From Candidatus Methylomirabilis sp. (lineage in GTDB: Bacteria > Methylomirabilota > Methylomirabilia > Methylomirabilales > Methylomirabilaceae): a stretch of DNA of 47,331 bases. The notes beneath the pieces are model-generated. The model made no database searches. It was not told the origin of the DNA and worked only from the letters and a program-made list of their open reading frames with translations. Shown piece by piece: positions 9,615 through 19,065 of the stretch; the first letter of the stretch is position 1, and the number at the start of each line of letters is the position of its first letter. The DNA is taken from the NCBI GenBank assembly GCA_041498975.1, contig JBGQJI010000004.1, positions 1 to 47,331 of the forward strand, read 5' to 3'. Made by a program: the position numbers and the translations under genes.

Positions 9615-10925
9615 TCACTTGCCTGGCGTCACGAGATGCCGGCGATCCACTAACGCCCTGCCTTCCTTCGATTGGAATTGTGTCATGCTCTTTTCTCGAT
9701 GGGCCTCCAGCGCCAGATCCACCAGGCGGAGGACAAGCTCCGCAGGCTTGACTCCGCTCGCCTCCCAGAGGGCAAAGGATAGAGACCCTGGCATCGTATT
9801 GATCTCATTGACGTAGGGCTTCATCGTGGTCGAATCGATGAGGACATCGACACGGGAGATGCCGCGCGAGTCGACTGCCCTAAAGGCCTCTGCTGCCAGG
9901 CGCCTCACCTCGTCATTGAGTGCCCCGGGAATCCTGGCAGGAATGACGCTCGGGGCAAGGTCTCCCCTCCCAGCCCTCTTGTCCTCCGGGTACTTTTCCT
10001 GGTAGCTCACAATGGCGCCGGCGCAGAGGAGCTCTTCGCATTCCGAGACAGTCAGGGCATGGTTCCCAAGGACACCGCACTGCACCTCGATCCTGTGCTC
10101 CACGGCTCGCTCCACCAGCACTCGCTGGCAGAAGCGCATAGCCTGTCGCAAGGCGCCCACGACCTCATCGGCAGCTCTGGCCAGCCCGATGCCAACGCTC
10201 GAGCCCGCCACCGCCGGCTTCACCACCAGCGGGTACTCAAGCTGAATCTCAATCGCCCTCAGCACCGCCGCTTCATCCTCCAACAGTTGCCGCCGCGTGA
10301 TCGCGATTCCTTCGACGGTAGGAAGTCCCGCGCCGCGGAAGACCAGCTTGGAGATGATCTTATCCATCCCCACCGCCGAGGCCACCACGCCAGCCCCGAT
10401 GTACGGGAGGTCTGCAAGCTCGAAGAGGCCCTGGATCGTGCCATCCTCCCCGTGTGTTCCATGGATGACGGGGAACGCGACATCGATCTTCGGGTGGGGC
10501 TGCTTGCGAAGCCATGCCCTCCGCTCCTCCCGGGGCACGAGGGAGTGAACGGACGGATCGGGCGCCAGAAAAAGCAGCTCGACGCCCGCCGCTTGCGGAC
10601 CCCGGTCCAGGTTGGCAAGTTGCGGCGTGTACTTCTCTCTATTCAACCGCAGCTTTTCGGCATCGATCCTGGCCCTCTCAGGCGACCCCACCTGCGAGCC
10701 GTGCTCCGCCAGACTCCGGATCTCAGCATCCACGGACAACAGCTCTCGAACAGCTTCACCGGAGAGCCAAGTGCCGTCCGCAGCGAGGAAGATGGGGAAC
10801 GTCTCAAACTGGTCACGCAGCTTCAGCAGGACCTCGTACACCTTGCTGGCGGTCATGATCGAGACTTCTCGCTCGACGGAGCGGCTTCCGAAAATCAGGC
10901 CTATTCGTTTGACGGTGCTGCTCAC
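9615..10925 (-). CDS. ddl: D-alanine--D-alanine ligase family protein
   Basis: FGSRSVEREVS, HGTHGEDG, VVKPAVAGSS, YQEKY omega loop, RVD, NEINTMPG. Confidence 0.88.
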   Translation of the reverse strand: MSSTVKRIGLIFGSRSVEREVSIMTASKVYEVLLKLRDQFETFPIFLAADGTWLSGEAVRELLSVDAEIRSLAEHGSQVGSPERARIDAEKLRLNREKYTPQLANLDRGPQAAGVELLFLAPDPSVHSLVPREERRAWLRKQPHPKIDVAFPVIHGTHGEDGTIQGLFELADLPYIGAGVVASAVGMDKIISKLVFRGAGLPTVEGIAITRRQLLEDEAAVLRAIEIQLEYPLVVKPAVAGSSVGIGLARAADEVVGALRQAMRFCQRVLVERAVEHRIEVQCGVLGNHALTVSECEELLCAGAIVSYQEKYPEDKRAGRGDLAPSVIPARIPGALNDEVRRLAAEAFRAVDSRGISRVDVLIDSTTMKPYVNEINTMPGSLSFALWEASGVKPAELVLRLVDLALEAHREKSMTQFQSKEGRALVDRRHLVTPGK

Positions 10926-12616
10926 GACAGCTCCAGGTACGTATCAGGAAGGCGGTTCTCATACAGAAGAATATCTCCCTGGCGAACGATCCCCTTGAGG
11001 CAGTCCGCCACCTCACCGCTGTGCCGGGCCACCAGGACTCGGCTTTCGGAGAGGCCGCCCTCGCGGAGACCCTCGCGCAGCGGGCGTGTCTGCGATGGAC
11101 CCACAAGCACCACGTAATCGCAGACCGCGGCGGCGGCCCGGCCCAATCGACGGTTCTCCTCCGCCTCGATCCGGCCCAACTCGACCAAGCCGGGAGTGAT
11201 CAGGATCTTCGAACCCCCCTCAAACTGGCTCAGCACCTCCAAGGCCATGTGTGCCCCAAGCGGATTGGCATTGGCCACATCGATGAGCTTCACGACCCCG
11301 CCCTCCTCGCGGAGCTCCAGACGCTTCGGCGGCGGCGCAAGAGATGTGACCCCCTCCCTGATCTCCTCCAGGGGTACGCCACATTCCAGAGCCGCGGCCG
11401 TGGCCCCAAGGATGTTGGCGATGTTCCAACTCCCCAGAAGCCTGGTCTCGAACATCGCCGTGCCCTCCTCGGTTTCCACACAGAAGGCCGAGCCTTTATT
11501 GGAGATCTTGACGTTCTTGCCCCGAACGTCCAACACCCTTTCGTCTTCACCGACGCCGTAAAGGAGGATGCGCCTGCCTTCCCGTCGAGCGCGTTCCGCC
11601 AGTCGAAGGCAGCCGGGATCGTCGGCGTTCATGATGGCCAATCCATCCGAGGGAAGCGAGGCGATCAACTCATACTTGGCCTCGGCAATCCGCTCAGTGG
11701 TGCCGAACCGCTCGAGATGCTGGACTCCCACTGCAGTGAGGATCCCGAGCTTGGGTCGCAGGATGCCGCACACCTCCCGGATCTCACCGGGGCCGTAGGC
11801 GGCCACCTCCACGACGAAGAACCGGTGCTCGTCCCGGAGATCCTCGCGAACGACTCGGGTGATGCCCATGGTGGTGTTGACCCCATCAGGGGTCTTGAAA
11901 ACCGCATAGCGTCTCCCCAGCAGCGCGGCGGTGATGAACTTCGTCGTCGTCTTCCCATAGCTGCCCGTGATCCCGATGACCTGCCCGGGATACCTGCGCA
12001 TCCGCTGCCTCGCCTGCTCATAGAACCGCTGATTGATAGCCCGCTCCAGCGGAGCCAGGATCAGGTTTGCCAAGAGGACCGATCCCGCCGCGATCTCGGA
12101 TACGAACGCAAGCCCGGTGGCAAGGCCGATGCCGACAAGGAAGGTGCGGGGGGCGACGATGACCCGAGACAGCAAGGCCGCGGCCAGGACCGTGGTTCCA
12201 AGCATCATCGCCGCCGCAAGGATGAGCGTGACTGCCGTTAGGCGGACCGCTCGGGGCGTGAACTGCAGCCGCTGGCTGACCTGGAGCGAAGACCGCCTGG
12301 CCCAAAGCCACATCCCGGCTGCCACCCAGGCGATGTAAAATGTGATGGCAGGGAGATGAAGGTACGAGAGGCCGATCCCCGCTACCAGGACCGCTCCCTG
12401 GACGATTGCCGCCCGACCGTCGAGGACGACCCGCCAGTGGCGGGAGATCCAGCCCCACAGGCGCGGGCTGTTGTAGCGCTCCAACTGCGTGATATAGACA
12501 ATGTCCAGGTGCCGGCCCACGACGACCAACGCGTACGGCAGAAGGGCTGCGGCAACCCGCTGCAGGATGCGAGAAAGGAGCGCCGTCAGTGGGGCCTTCA
12601 CTTCCACACGTGACAC
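10922..12616 (-). CDS. murF: MurF-type Mur ligase with N-terminal membrane domain (alternative GTG start at 12601)
   Basis: About 180 hydrophobic N-terminal residues, GITGSYGKTTTK P-loop, NTTMG, C-terminal ENRLPDTY. Confidence 0.8.
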   Translation of the reverse strand: MSRVEVKAPLTALLSRILQRVAAALLPYALVVVGRHLDIVYITQLERYNSPRLWGWISRHWRVVLDGRAAIVQGAVLVAGIGLSYLHLPAITFYIAWVAAGMWLWARRSSLQVSQRLQFTPRAVRLTAVTLILAAAMMLGTTVLAAALLSRVIVAPRTFLVGIGLATGLAFVSEIAAGSVLLANLILAPLERAINQRFYEQARQRMRRYPGQVIGITGSYGKTTTKFITAALLGRRYAVFKTPDGVNTTMGITRVVREDLRDEHRFFVVEVAAYGPGEIREVCGILRPKLGILTAVGVQHLERFGTTERIAEAKYELIASLPSDGLAIMNADDPGCLRLAERARREGRRILLYGVGEDERVLDVRGKNVKISNKGSAFCVETEEGTAMFETRLLGSWNIANILGATAAALECGVPLEEIREGVTSLAPPPKRLELREEGGVVKLIDVANANPLGAHMALEVLSQFEGGSKILITPGLVELGRIEAEENRRLGRAAAAVCDYVVLVGPSQTRPLREGLREGGLSESRVLVARHSGEVADCLKGIVRQGDILLYENRLPDTYLELS

Positions 12617-13365
12617 AGGAAATCCCTCACCAGCCTGCCGAACGTGTCAGGCCTATCCACGAACGGGAAGTGGCCGGCCCCTTCCAGGACCTCCAACTGT
12701 GACCCTCTGATCGCTCCCGCCATGATCTCCATCGAGGATCGAGGCACCTCCTGATCTCTGTCTCCCCAGACGATCAGCGTGGGCACGCGGATGGACGACA
12801 GCATGCCTCTCAGGTCTTCGTTGACTACCTTGACCAGGGTGGGTCGCATCGGTCCGGCATTCCGGTAGTCACGCGATCCCACCCGTTGCGGGATTGCGGA
12901 CACGAGTCGCTCGCCCAGCCTTCCCCACATCGGGAATGAGAAGAGCCGCTTCCCCAACTTCGCGGCGAGGACCTTCAGGGCATGTGCAGGCCCTCGTCTC
13001 GGCCGGATCCCCGCGCTAGCCACAAGGACAAGGCTTCGGACTCTGTGCGGGCTCTGCGCAGCAAGGGCGAGCGCGATTCGTCCCCCAAACGAATGACCGA
13101 GAACGCTTGCCGATGGAATCTTCGCGGAGTCCATGAACGCTTCGACATGGGAGGCGTAATCCCACGTCCCCCACACCGCAGGGGGCGGTGGAGTCCAGCC
13201 GAACCCCGGCAGGTCGATGGCGTAGAGTCGGAATCGGTCCTCAAGGGCCTTGGCAATGCTGCTGAGGGAGTCCCCGGAAGTACCCCACCCATGGAGCAGG
13301 ACGACCGGCCTGCCATCTCCCCAAAGGGTGTAATGGGTGTCCAGGTCATTGACACGGATGAGCAC
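12598..13365 (-). CDS. Alpha/beta-fold hydrolase
   Basis: LLHGWG, DLPGFG, GHSFGG nucleophile elbow, WGDRD, GAGHFPF. Confidence 0.92.
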   Translation of the reverse strand: MLIRVNDLDTHYTLWGDGRPVVLLHGWGTSGDSLSSIAKALEDRFRLYAIDLPGFGWTPPPPAVWGTWDYASHVEAFMDSAKIPSASVLGHSFGGRIALALAAQSPHRVRSLVLVASAGIRPRRGPAHALKVLAAKLGKRLFSFPMWGRLGERLVSAIPQRVGSRDYRNAGPMRPTLVKVVNEDLRGMLSSIRVPTLIVWGDRDQEVPRSSMEIMAGAIRGSQLEVLEGAGHFPFVDRPDTFGRLVRDFLCHVWK

Positions 13366-13366
13366 G

Positions 13367-13651
13367 TCACCACCTGATGTCCCGATGGGGATCGTCTACT
13401 CTGACCAGAACGTCTGGGTCGGGGAATTGCAGATCGGCGGGTTTCAAACGGACGCTGTTGTCGGCGCCAGTCGCGAACGTTTCTCTGTGAAGGACCCGGT
13501 TGTCATCGCGCCCGCCGGTCGAAGAGGCGGCGCGACCAGCGGGCTTCAGCCCCCGGGTATCGGTGAAGAAGGGGGTGACCTCCGACACCTGATCGCTGCT
13601 CCGCAGCGACCCGGCGGCCACGACCTCGCCCGCCTTCGCCAGACCACCCAT
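13367..13651 (-). pseudogene. murF: Degenerate N-terminal relic of canonical murF
   Basis: ATG overlaps the murE stop (TAATG); TDTRGLKP...TGGRDD...ETFATGA...VLVRVDDP resembles the MurF N-domain pattern (TDSR..pg...G.rfDG...a...GA...i.VdD); only 94 aa. Confidence 0.6.
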
Positions 13652-15156
13652 TACCCTCGCCCGAACCCTAGCTCGTGGAGCGCCTCCCGGGCCACCTGCC
13701 GGTCGTCAAAAGGGATCGTGCGGTCGCTTAGGATCTGATAGGTCTCATGACCCTTCCCGGCGATCACCACCATATCGCCTTGTTGCGCCAGCGAGAGGGC
13801 TTCGCGAATCGCCATCGCTCGATCAAGAATTATAACATACCTCTTTCCCCCACCCCACACCTTTTTCGCCCCATCCTCGATCTCCCGGATGATCCGATGG
13901 GGGTCTTCAGAACGAGGATTGTCGGAGGTGATGACCGTGAAATCGGCGAGGCGCACAGCCGCTTCCCCCATCAAGGCCCGCTTCCCGCGGTCCCGATCCC
14001 CCCCACAACCGAACACCACGATCAGGCGCCCAGGACAGCATTCTCGTGCCATGCGGAGGACACGTTGGAGGGCGTCAGGAGTGTGCGCGTAATCGACCAT
14101 GACTCCGAATCCCTGTCCCTCGTCCAGCCGCTCACACCGGCCCGGAACATGGCGCAGCTCCGAGATCCCCTCCGCCACCTCCGAAAGACTCGCCCCCAGG
14201 TGCAGCCCCGTGGCTGCGGCCGCCAGGATGTTGGACAGGTTGTACCGTCCCAGCAGTGGGGAGCGGATCTCGGTCGCCCCCCACGCGGTCTGCAGCCGGC
14301 ACCGAGTTCCGTCAAGGCCGATGCGGATATCGGTTGCCCACAGGTCCGCCGACTGCTCCAGACTGTAGGTATAGCGGCTTACCTTCGTTGCCTCCAGAAA
14401 CAGGTCGGCGGCGGGATCGTCGAGGTTGATCACCGCCGCCTTCTCCGTCGCCCTCGTTCTCTCGATACCCAGGCCTTCAAACAGGGAGAGCTTTGCCCTC
14501 CGGTATGACTCCATGGTGCCGTGAAAATCGAGATGGTCCTGGGTGAGGTTGGTGAACACGGCCACGTCGAACTCACAACCATCCACGCGGTGCAGGGCCA
14601 ACGCGTGGGATGAGACCTCCATGACGGCGCTGTCGGCGCCCAGGCTCACCATCCGGTTAAGGAGAACTTGCAGATCAGAGGCCTCTGGTGTTGTCCGCGC
14701 CGCGTCGATCTCGATCTCCCCAAAGCGATACGCGATGGTGCCGATCAGTCCGACCCGATGTCCTGCACCTCGCAGCACAGACTCGATCAGGTAGGTGGTG
14801 GTGGTCTTGCCGTTGGTTCCGGTCACTCCGACCAGCGCGAGCTTGCGCGAGGGATGATCGTAGAACCGGGAGGCGGCCAGGGCGAGGCCTTTCCGTGAAT
14901 CGCCCACCTTCACCACGGTTCCACCCTCCAGCGCAGATTCGGGAATGTCGCTCCTCTCTACCAGGGCTGCAGCGGCTCCCCTTACCCAGGCCGCCCGGAG
15001 GAAGTCGTGGCCATCGAGCGTGAATCCCTTTATGCAGACAAAAAGGTCTCCTGCCTTGGTTTGTCTGGAATCATACGATATCCCGCATACCTCGACCTCC
15101 AGGGGACCGTGGAGGATCTGATACTCAGTCCCCTCAATTAAGGCGAGAAGCCGCAC
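13651..15156 (-). CDS. murE: UDP-MurNAc-dipeptide--meso-DAP ligase
   Basis: YDSR, GTNGKTTTT, MEVSSH, DYAHTPD, DNPR (meso-DAP motif), AGKGHE. Confidence 0.96.
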   Translation of the reverse strand: MRLLALIEGTEYQILHGPLEVEVCGISYDSRQTKAGDLFVCIKGFTLDGHDFLRAAWVRGAAAALVERSDIPESALEGGTVVKVGDSRKGLALAASRFYDHPSRKLALVGVTGTNGKTTTTYLIESVLRGAGHRVGLIGTIAYRFGEIEIDAARTTPEASDLQVLLNRMVSLGADSAVMEVSSHALALHRVDGCEFDVAVFTNLTQDHLDFHGTMESYRRAKLSLFEGLGIERTRATEKAAVINLDDPAADLFLEATKVSRYTYSLEQSADLWATDIRIGLDGTRCRLQTAWGATEIRSPLLGRYNLSNILAAAATGLHLGASLSEVAEGISELRHVPGRCERLDEGQGFGVMVDYAHTPDALQRVLRMARECCPGRLIVVFGCGGDRDRGKRALMGEAAVRLADFTVITSDNPRSEDPHRIIREIEDGAKKVWGGGKRYVIILDRAMAIREALSLAQQGDMVVIAGKGHETYQILSDRTIPFDDRQVAREALHELGFGRG

Positions 15157-16930
15157 CACGAATCCCTTCCGCCAGCCTGAGCCGCCCCCGGGCGGACGGG
15201 CTGATCCTGAGATGCTGCAGGGATTCTCGAGCGATCTCCCGGAACGTTGGCGCAGCGATCGATCCACCCCACCGGAGTAACTTCGGCTCGTCGATGACGA
15301 CAACGATCGCCAGCCGCGGCTCCTCGGCTGGGACAAATCCGACAAAAGACGCGACCACCTTGTGGCGGGAGTAGCGGCCGGTGGCCTGATCAAGCTTCTG
15401 AGAGGTCCCGGTCTTCCCCGCCACCTCGAATCCTTCCACTGCGGCCGCCTTTCCCGTCCCCTCGGTCACCACCCCCTTCAGGATGTTGGTGAGGGTCCTG
15501 GCGGTTCCCTCAGAGATCACTCGTCGGAGCTGCACCGGCGACATGTCGCGGACCACTGTGCCCTCCGCGGCCCTGATCGACCTGACCACGTAGGGACGGA
15601 CCAATGTCCCGCCGTTTGCCACCGCGCTGACAGCAACCAGCATTTGCAGCGGACTCACGGAGAGCTCCTGCCCGATGGAGAGGGAGGCCAGGGAGAGGGC
15701 CGACCAGTCCTTCGGGCGCCTGATCATGCCCGGCGTCTCCCCCGGCAGATCGATCCCTGTGAGATTCCCGAACCCAAACCCGCTGATGTAGTCGTAATAG
15801 AGGCTTTTGCCCAGACGCATGCCGACCTTGATGGCGCCCACGTTGCTGGATTGCGCCAGCACCTCGGAGAAGGTAATGGTCCCGAACCGCTCGTGATCGC
15901 GGATCGTGATCCCGCCCACCTCGATGGCGCCGCCCTCGCCATTGAATCGATCTTCGGGTCTGACGAGCCCCTCCTCCAGAGCGCCGGCCCCGACAATGAC
16001 TTTGAAAGCCGACCCGGGCTCGTAGTAGTCGACCACGGCCCGATTCCGGCGGGCAAACCCGGAAGCCTCCGCATACGCATTGGGGTTGAAGGTGGGGTAG
16101 TTGGCAAGTGCCAGGATCTCACCGGTGAGCGGATCCATGACAATAGCGCTGCCACCCGAAGCCCCCGATCGCGTCACCGCCGCTTCCAACTCCCGCTCGG
16201 TGACATATTGGATCACCTCGTCGATCGTCAGGTACAGATCTGACCCCTGTGGCTCTCCTGCTTCCTCCCTGAAAATCGGCCGGCCTAGGGCATCCTGTTG
16301 GCGCACCACCCACTTTGGCTTCCCTGCCAGGTGGGTATCGTACTGCAGTTCCAGCCCTTCCAGCCCTCGATCATCCGTCCCGACGAATCCCAGCACGTGC
16401 GCGCCCTGCTCCTGTTTCGGGTAGAACCGCCTGCCCTCCGGGACGGACGCGATCCCCTTCAACCCTAGTTGCGCGATCGCGTCCGCTTGCTCCGGCGAGA
16501 CCGAGCGCTTGATCCAGACAAACGGCTTTTCCGATCTTAACCGCTCACGAACCTTTTGGGCAGACAATTGCAGTGCGGAAGACAGGGCAGATGCTGCGCG
16601 ATCCGGATCTTCCACGTCCCGGGGCTGAGCGAAGATCGAGGAGACCCGAAGGCTGACCGCCAGCTCGCGGCCAGCGCGATCGTAAATCGTCCCCCGTCGC
16701 GAGACGAGCGGAACCAGCCGGCGATACTGCCGATTGGCCGCCTCGACCAGCTTCGGGTGCTGACGAACCTGCAGCGAAAAGAGCCGGCCGGAGATGATGG
16801 CGAGGGTTGCAGCAAGTGAGAAGAACAGTATGATGATCCGCCGCCGGTGTCGGCCGCGTCCGGCTGACGAGCGGCTGGGCTCTTCCTTTTCGGATGATGT
16901 CCCGCGAGAGCGGCGCTGGATTGGCATCAC
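15134..16930 (-). CDS. ftsI: Penicillin-binding protein 3 / FtsI
   Basis: TM anchor, RRGTIYDR, EPGSAFK (SxxK), SSN, GKTGT. Confidence 0.95.
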   Translation of the reverse strand: MMPIQRRSRGTSSEKEEPSRSSAGRGRHRRRIIILFFSLAATLAIISGRLFSLQVRQHPKLVEAANRQYRRLVPLVSRRGTIYDRAGRELAVSLRVSSIFAQPRDVEDPDRAASALSSALQLSAQKVRERLRSEKPFVWIKRSVSPEQADAIAQLGLKGIASVPEGRRFYPKQEQGAHVLGFVGTDDRGLEGLELQYDTHLAGKPKWVVRQQDALGRPIFREEAGEPQGSDLYLTIDEVIQYVTERELEAAVTRSGASGGSAIVMDPLTGEILALANYPTFNPNAYAEASGFARRNRAVVDYYEPGSAFKVIVGAGALEEGLVRPEDRFNGEGGAIEVGGITIRDHERFGTITFSEVLAQSSNVGAIKVGMRLGKSLYYDYISGFGFGNLTGIDLPGETPGMIRRPKDWSALSLASLSIGQELSVSPLQMLVAVSAVANGGTLVRPYVVRSIRAAEGTVVRDMSPVQLRRVISEGTARTLTNILKGVVTEGTGKAAAVEGFEVAGKTGTSQKLDQATGRYSRHKVVASFVGFVPAEEPRLAIVVVIDEPKLLRWGGSIAAPTFREIARESLQHLRISPSARGRLRLAEGIRGAASRLN

Positions 16931-16945
16931 AAGCCTCTCGAAAGC

Positions 16946-17299
16946 TTACTCAACCAGGATCACTTGACCGGGCCCCGGGCTGGTGAGCCCAAGCTGACGG
17001 CGAGCGATCTCCTCCACACGGCGCAGCGACTTGAGCCGGGCGACTTTAAAGCGCAGCTCCTTCTGCTGTCGAGTGAGGGCAGTGCGCTCTCCCTGGAGCT
17101 GTTCGATCTGGTACCCAAGCCGCACCACTTGGATATGCTGCCACACATAGAAGAGGACTCCGACCAGGACAAGGCTTCCCAGGAGAATCGAATGGAGCAG
17201 ATCGAATCTTCGGATCTGATCAACTCGCGGTTTAAGGAAAGCGCTCGCTCTGTGTCGCCCAATTGTCGTGACCGCAGTGGCGCCTTGCCCCCTCACCAC
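16946..17299 (-). CDS. ftsL: Cell division protein FtsL
   Basis: Small, one TM followed by a coiled coil, RVEEIARRQLGL; between rsmH and ftsI. Confidence 0.85.
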   Translation of the reverse strand: MVRGQGATAVTTIGRHRASAFLKPRVDQIRRFDLLHSILLGSLVLVGVLFYVWQHIQVVRLGYQIEQLQGERTALTRQQKELRFKVARLKSLRRVEEIARRQLGLTSPGPGQVILVE

Positions 17300-17309
17300 G
17301 ACACCTCCT

Positions 17310-18209
17310 CTACAGTCGCTCCGCCGCCCTCAGCTTGGCACTGCGGGCGCGAGGATTGGCTTCGATCTCGGCGTCCGTCGGGACAACCGGCCGTTTGGTC
17401 AGCAGGCGCGCACGCGGCGGCTCCGAACGTGCCCAATCCCGAAAGGTCTCCTTAGCAATCCGATCCTCCAGGGAATGAAAGCTGATGATGCAGACCCGAC
17501 CTGCCGGCGCGAGCAGCCCATTGGCATCCTGGAGTCCACGAGTGAGCGATGCCAGCTCATCGTTCACGGCGATGCGTAACGCTTGAAACGTCCGTGTAGC
17601 GACATGGATCCGCCGGGGCCAGGCATGCCTTGGGACCGCCGCAGCCACGAGGCGCGCAAGCTGGGCAGTGGAGGTAAGCGGCCGCAGGCGCCGCTCGGCG
17701 ACGATCCGGGCTGCGATTCGTCTCGCCCAGCGCTCCTCGCCGTAGCGCCAGAGGATATCGGCCAGCTCGCGCTCGGGTAGCCGGGCGAGAAGCTCTGCCG
17801 CCGTCTTCCGACCTCCCTGACGATCCATCCGCATGTCCAGCGGCCCATCCCGCGTGAAGCTGAATCCCCTGGAGGCGTCGTCCAGCTGAAATGACGAAAG
17901 GCCCAGATCGAACAGGATTCCGTCGAAAGGACCCCATCCTTCGGCGGCGGCCACGGGGCCCAGCATTGCGAAATCCGCCTGAAGGAGCTCGACTCGATCG
18001 CCGAACTGCCGAAGCCGGTCATGTGCCACGGCAAGGGCCTCAGCATCACGATCGATTCCGAAGAGGCGACCGGAGAGCCCACTTGCCGTCAGCAGGGCCT
18101 CCGCATGCCCACCCATCCCGACGGTCGCATCGAAGTAGCAGCCACCGGACTGCGGCCGCATGATGGCTACCACCTCCTGAAGCAGGACCGGGAGGTGACG
18201 ACCCTCGAT
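17310..18209 (-). CDS. rsmH: 16S rRNA m4C1402 methyltransferase RsmH (start likely non-canonical ATC at 18209; first GTG at 18173)
   Basis: HLPVLLQE, DATVGMGGH, DLGLSS, PLDMRM, FQALRIAVN, SFHSLEDR, NPRARSAKLR. Confidence 0.93.
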   Translation of the reverse strand: MEGRHLPVLLQEVVAIMRPQSGGCYFDATVGMGGHAEALLTASGLSGRLFGIDRDAEALAVAHDRLRQFGDRVELLQADFAMLGPVAAAEGWGPFDGILFDLGLSSFQLDDASRGFSFTRDGPLDMRMDRQGGRKTAAELLARLPERELADILWRYGEERWARRIAARIVAERRLRPLTSTAQLARLVAAAVPRHAWPRRIHVATRTFQALRIAVNDELASLTRGLQDANGLLAPAGRVCIISFHSLEDRIAKETFRDWARSEPPRARLLTKRPVVPTDAEIEANPRARSAKLRAAERL

Positions 18210-18211
18210 GG

Positions 18212-18580
18212 CTACAGGCCTCTGGGACTTCCAGCCCGAGAGTGCCCAAGCGATCTCAGCGCAGAGTCCTCGTCGGGAAAGATCGGAAGTGCCAACGGCG
18301 GTCTCGCTGCGCCGAGCGCATCATTGAGGGTGGGCGAAGTCCGGACCAGGCAGATCGATCCGCCGATGGCCTGAAGCCGACGGACCCGCTCGCGGAGCAT
18401 CCCAGAGACCAGGTACGGGACACGACATCCGCCCTTACAGTCCAGAATCAGCCTCGAATACCCTTCCTGCACAAGGGCAGCGATCGAGTTCTTGATCGCC
18501 TCGACCAGTGGGAGATCGATCTCCCCCGCTGGCTCCAGGACGGCGACCCCACGCCCTTCATCTCGCCGGATATGTACCAT
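18212..18580 (-). CDS. STAS / anti-sigma-antagonist-like protein
   Basis: VAVLEPAGEIDL...RLILDC...GGSICLV...IFPDEDSAL pattern; purine-rich SD (GAGGAGGGAGAG) before the ATG. Confidence 0.7.
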   Translation of the reverse strand: MVHIRRDEGRGVAVLEPAGEIDLPLVEAIKNSIAALVQEGYSRLILDCKGGCRVPYLVSGMLRERVRRLQAIGGSICLVRTSPTLNDALGAARPPLALPIFPDEDSALRSLGHSRAGSPRGL

Positions 18581-18599
18581 CTCTCCCTCCTCACCTCCT

Positions 18600-19049
18600 T
18601 TACACGCGGATCCCGAGCTCCGCCAGCTTGGCTGCGTAATCCTCAGGATCACGCTCCTGCGCGCTGAATTGCACCCAGCGCTCCCTGCTCCAGATTTCGA
18701 TCTTGTCGAGAACCCCGATGATCACGACATCCCGGCGCAGGTCCGCCCTTTCACGAAGTTGCGGCGGTATCAGGATCCGCCCCTGGCTGTCAACCGCAGA
18801 CTCGACTGCCCGAGCCGAAATCTGTCGAACGTAGTCTCGGAACTTCTTGTCCGAGTTTCCCTTGCTTAGGAGATTCTGTTCGAACTGCTGCCAGGCTTTG
18901 ATCGGGTAGGCCGCGATGCAGGGGTCAAAAAGATGATCGACCAGGACCAACTCACGCTCTCGCCGCCGCTTGAGGATCTCGCGGTATCTGGCCGGGATGC
19001 TGAGCCGTCCCTTGTCGTCGATGGCGTGTTCGAAGCTGCCGCGGAACAT
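18600..19049 (-). CDS. mraZ: Transcriptional regulator MraZ
   Basis: MFRG, DDKGRLSIP and DSQGRILIP duplicated AbrB-type motifs, IEIW. Confidence 0.96.
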   Translation of the reverse strand: MFRGSFEHAIDDKGRLSIPARYREILKRRRERELVLVDHLFDPCIAAYPIKAWQQFEQNLLSKGNSDKKFRDYVRQISARAVESAVDSQGRILIPPQLRERADLRRDVVIIGVLDKIEIWSRERWVQFSAQERDPEDYAAKLAELGIRV

Positions 19050-19065
19050 GGGAGCCTATCGCTCC

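Noticed and set aside
9615..13365. Vancomycin-resistance (van) cluster
   Set aside because: No VanH, VanX or VanRS genes; the ligase keeps the YxxKY loop rather than VanA-type features.
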